The notes under the pieces were generated by a model that had not been told where the DNA came from, did not search any database, and worked only from the letters and a program-made list of their open reading frames with translations. Shown here piece after piece: positions 61,036 through 64,000 of a DNA stretch of 64,000 nt. This stretch comes from Acidobacteriota bacterium (lineage in GTDB: Bacteria; Acidobacteriota; Thermoanaerobaculia; Multivoradales; UBA5704): positions 1 to 64,000 of the forward strand of contig JBDTZG010000009.1 in NCBI GenBank assembly GCA_040005235.1. The letters run 5' to 3'. Made by a program: the position numbers and the translations under genes. The first letter of the stretch is position 1. Each line of letters begins with the position of its first letter.

Positions 61036-62367
61036 TTAGCGTTCGGCGAGGACTTGGGGCAGGCGTTGGCTGGTCAGGCGCTGGAGCGCCGGGTGGTTGC
61101 GGAGAATAGTCTCTTCGCGGCGCGGGCCGGTCGAGGTGAGGACGATCGGCGTGCCCAGCTCTTGCTCGATCAGGTCTACGTAGTCGCGGGCCGCTTGCGG
61201 TAGGTCGGCGTGCTCCAGGGTGCCGACGGTCGAGGCCTTCCAGCCTGGGACGGTGCGGTAGACCGGCTCCGCGCTCTCCAGCAGGTGGCGCTCGGCGGGG
61301 AGGGTTTTGACCACTTCGCCGCGGACGCGGTAGCCGGTACAGATCGGGATTTCGGCCAGGGTGTCGAGCACGTCGAGCTTGGTGAGCGCGATGCCGTCGA
61401 TGCCGTTCAGGATCTTGGCGTAGCGGGCGACCACGAGGTCGAGCCAGCCGCAGCGGCGGGGGCGGCCGGTGGTGGTGCCGAACTCGTTGCCCCGTTGGCG
61501 CAGGTACTCCCCCTCCTCGCCGGCCAGCTCGGTCGGGAACGGTCCTTCGCCCACGCGGGTGGTGTAGGCCTTGAGCACGCCCATCGCGCCGTGGATGCGG
61601 GTGGGGGGCACTCCCGTGCCGGTCGCCGCTCCGCCGGCGGTCGAATTCGAGCTGGTGACGAACGGGTAGGTGCCGTGGTCGACATCGAGCATGGTCCCTT
61701 GCGCCCCTTCGAACAGCAGGCACTTGCCGGCATCGATCCACTCGTTCAAGAGGACGGCGGTGTCCGTGATGCACGGACGCAGGCGCTCGGCCCAGGCGCG
61801 GCACTGGTCGGCGAGCTGGCCGGGCCCGGGGAGCGGATCGCCGCCCAGTTCGGTCAGCTCGACCTGGATGTGCGCGAGCTCGGCGCGCAGGCGATCTTCG
61901 AGGTCGGGCGCCGAGAGGTCGGCGACCCGGATGCCGATGCGCGCCGCCTTTCCTTCGTAGGCCGGGCCGATGCCGCGGGAGGTGGTACCGATCTTTTCTC
62001 GTCCTCGCGCGCTCTCGCGCGCCTTGTCGAGCGCGGCATGGGGCGGCAGCAGAAGGTGGGCGCGGTTCGAGACGAACAGGCGGCCGTCGAACCGGACCCC
62101 CGCCTCGTAGAGCTTCGCCAGCTCGGAGAGGAAGGCGTCCGGAGCGAGCACCATGCCGTTGCCCAAGGCGCACAGCATGCCCGGATGGAGCACGCCGGAC
62201 GGCACCAGATGGAGCGAGAAATGTTGGTCGCGAAACTTGACGGTATGGCCGGCGTTGTGCCCGCCCTGGTAGCGGACCACGGCATCGAACGCCGGGCAGA
62301 GCAGATCGACGATCTTGCCCTTGCCCTCGTCCCCCCATTGCATGCCGACGATCACCATGTTCGCCAT
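61036..62367 (-). CDS. purA: Adenylosuccinate synthetase
   Basis: MANMVIVGMQWGDEGKGKIVD, RYQGGHNAGHT, IGTTSRGIGPAY, FEGAQGTMLDVDHGTYPFVTSS and EFGTTTGRPRRCGWLD. The start is set at ATG 62367. Confidence 0.98.
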   Translation of the reverse strand: MANMVIVGMQWGDEGKGKIVDLLCPAFDAVVRYQGGHNAGHTVKFRDQHFSLHLVPSGVLHPGMLCALGNGMVLAPDAFLSELAKLYEAGVRFDGRLFVSNRAHLLLPPHAALDKARESARGREKIGTTSRGIGPAYEGKAARIGIRVADLSAPDLEDRLRAELAHIQVELTELGGDPLPGPGQLADQCRAWAERLRPCITDTAVLLNEWIDAGKCLLFEGAQGTMLDVDHGTYPFVTSSNSTAGGAATGTGVPPTRIHGAMGVLKAYTTRVGEGPFPTELAGEEGEYLRQRGNEFGTTTGRPRRCGWLDLVVARYAKILNGIDGIALTKLDVLDTLAEIPICTGYRVRGEVVKTLPAERHLLESAEPVYRTVPGWKASTVGTLEHADLPQAARDYVDLIEQELGTPIVLTSTGPRREETILRNHPALQRLTSQRLPQVLAER

Positions 62368-62542
62368 CAGCCGAACCTCGATGGAAAAGCACCGGGCCGG
62401 ACCCATCCCGGCGCCGCTAACGGAAGCGGGTGAGGCTAGCAGATGGAGCCGAGAGCGACAAGGCAGGCCGGCGGGCGGGCCGAGGCGGCCCGCCCGCACG
62501 CGCGGCGCGGAGAGGGCGGAGGGAATGCTACGATCCGCCCCA

Positions 62543-63367
62543 ATGGAGACCTTCCTTTCCGTCGGTGTGGTTCTGCTGCCTCTGGCCTACCTGGTGGTGG
62601 TGGCGGCGTACGGTTTCCTGTTCTTTTCCGGCGCCGCCAACGAGCGCCGCTGGGCGACGCCGGCCCTCCTCGGCACGCTCGCCTTTCACCTGCTCTATCT
62701 CGTCGTCCTGGCCTATCGCTGGCACCAGTTCCCGGCAGCGACGGTGGCCCAGGCGTTGTCGATCATCGCGTTCTCGATCGCCGGGGTCTATGCCCTGGTC
62801 GAGTGGCTCGGGCGCGATCGTTCGACCGGATTCTGGCTGGTCGGTCTGGTCTTCTTCTTCCAGCTCTTTTCGTCTCTCTTGGGTCGGCCGGTCCCCCCCG
62901 ACCTCGCTCGATTCAAGATCGGCGTGATCGCGATCCACATCTCGCTCGCCCTGCTCGGCTATACCGCGTTCGCCATCGCCGCGGGTTACGCGTTCCTGTT
63001 CCTCCAGCTCTATCGCGACTTGAAGGGGGGCCGCTTCTCGACCTTCTTCGGCAAGCTCCCGCCGCTCGAAGCGCTCGAACGGATGATGCTCGGCGCGCTG
63101 GTGACCGGATTCGTCTGTCTGAGCGGCGCGGTGTTCACCGGCATTCTGTTCGCGCAGCGGGAGTTTCCGGCGGTCTGGCATCACGATCCGAAGATCATCG
63201 CGACCGCCGCGATCTGGCTGCTCTATGGCGTCGCTCTCGCGCTGCATCGGCTGCGCCGCTGGCAGGGCAAGCAGACCGCGATCGTGGCGCTCACTGGTCT
63301 CGGCGCGATTCTGTTCTCCTTGTTCGCGGTCAACTTCTTCTTCACCGACTTCCACGGGTTCCTCTGA
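62543..63367 (+). CDS. Cytochrome c assembly (CcsA/HemX-like) membrane protein
   Basis: 274 aa with multiple transmembrane segments, HISLALLGY, LPPLEALERM and WHHDPKIIATAAIWLLY. It lies directly upstream of hemA. Confidence 0.85.
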   Translation: METFLSVGVVLLPLAYLVVVAAYGFLFFSGAANERRWATPALLGTLAFHLLYLVVLAYRWHQFPAATVAQALSIIAFSIAGVYALVEWLGRDRSTGFWLVGLVFFFQLFSSLLGRPVPPDLARFKIGVIAIHISLALLGYTAFAIAAGYAFLFLQLYRDLKGGRFSTFFGKLPPLEALERMMLGALVTGFVCLSGAVFTGILFAQREFPAVWHHDPKIIATAAIWLLYGVALALHRLRRWQGKQTAIVALTGLGAILFSLFAVNFFFTDFHGFL

Positions 63368-63369
63368 GC

Positions 63370-64000
63370 ATGGCGCGACCCGACGGCCCTCCCCTGCTGC
63401 TGGTCGGAACGGATTACCGGCTCGCGCCGCTGGATCTGCGCGAGCGGGTGGCGCTCTCGCCGGCAGAGACCGAGGAGCTGCTGGTCGCCCTGCTCGCCCG
63501 GCCGGCGATCGGCGAGGCGTTTGCGCTCTCGACCTGCAACCGGACCGAGGTCTATCTTTCGCCGCGCGACGAACGCGACGAGGAGACCGCCTATCGCGAG
63601 TTGCTCGATCTACTGTTTCTCGCCCGGGCGCCGGAGCTGGGTCAGCCAGGCCGCCTGTACGTTCAGCGCAATAAAGAAGCGGCGCACCACCTGCTCTCGG
63701 TCGCCTCCGGGCTCGAATCGATGGTGCTCGGCGAGCCGGAAATCCTCGGTCAGGTGAAGCAGGCCGCGGGGATCGCCGAGCAGGTGGGATCCGGCGGCCC
63801 GGTGATGCAGCACCTGCTGCGTGCCGCGATCGAGGCGGGCGGCAGGGCACGGCGCGATACCGGCATCGCGAGCGGCGCTGTCTCCCTCGGCTACGCGACC
63901 GTCGAGCTGGCGAAGAACATCTTCCGCGACCTGGAGCAGTGCCGCGTGCTGATCCTCGGTGCCGGCGAGACCGCAAAGCTGGTGGCGCGCAACCTGCTCG
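63370..64000 (+). CDS. hemA: Glutamyl-tRNA reductase (3'-truncated)
   Basis: Hand translation from ATG 63370 gives LLLVGTDYRLAPLDLRERVA, LSTCNRTEVY, SGLESMVLGEPEILGQVK and the NADPH motif VLILGAGETA. Confidence 0.96.
   Translation, partial: MARPDGPPLLLVGTDYRLAPLDLRERVALSPAETEELLVALLARPAIGEAFALSTCNRTEVYLSPRDERDEETAYRELLDLLFLARAPELGQPGRLYVQRNKEAAHHLLSVASGLESMVLGEPEILGQVKQAAGIAEQVGSGGPVMQHLLRAAIEAGGRARRDTGIASGAVSLGYATVELAKNIFRDLEQCRVLILGAGETAKLVARNLL

Noticed and set aside
60911-62499. 493-aa minus ORF, 407-aa plus ORF and the extended purA start
   Set aside because: These are alternative frames over purA and the tRNA. PurA similarity starts at 62367.

Overview
This is a high-GC bacterial window. 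About 60 kb (1-60579) is one tightly packed minus-strand biosynthetic operon for a large non-ribosomal lipopeptide, running off the left edge. In transcription order it holds a cyclic-peptide ABC exporter, a FAAL-initiated NRPS, five more NRPS genes and two stand-alone TauD/SyrP-like Fe(II)/2OG hydroxylases. The last NRPS (<1-11794) has no stop codon in the window and so is missing from the ORF track. Fourteen adenylation (A) domains are visible. Specificity codes read by eye suggest acyl-Ala-Thr-Ser-Gln*-Asn-Glu*-D-Asp-Phe(like)-X-Gln-Dab-Glu*-Dab-X', plus a 15th condensation (C) domain at the edge. The standout feature occurs three times (*): the upstream NRPS ends in a C domain, and the next begins with a His-less 'interface' (I) domain followed by a Glu/Gln A domain interrupted by an FkbM-type methyltransferase. 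This suggests on-line beta-hydroxylation followed by O-methylation, giving beta-methoxy-Glu/Gln (inference). The cluster abuts the 3' end of tRNA-Lys(UUU). Beyond it lie housekeeping genes purA, a ccsA/hemX-like gene and a partial hemA. Substrate calls and domain boundaries are manual estimates.
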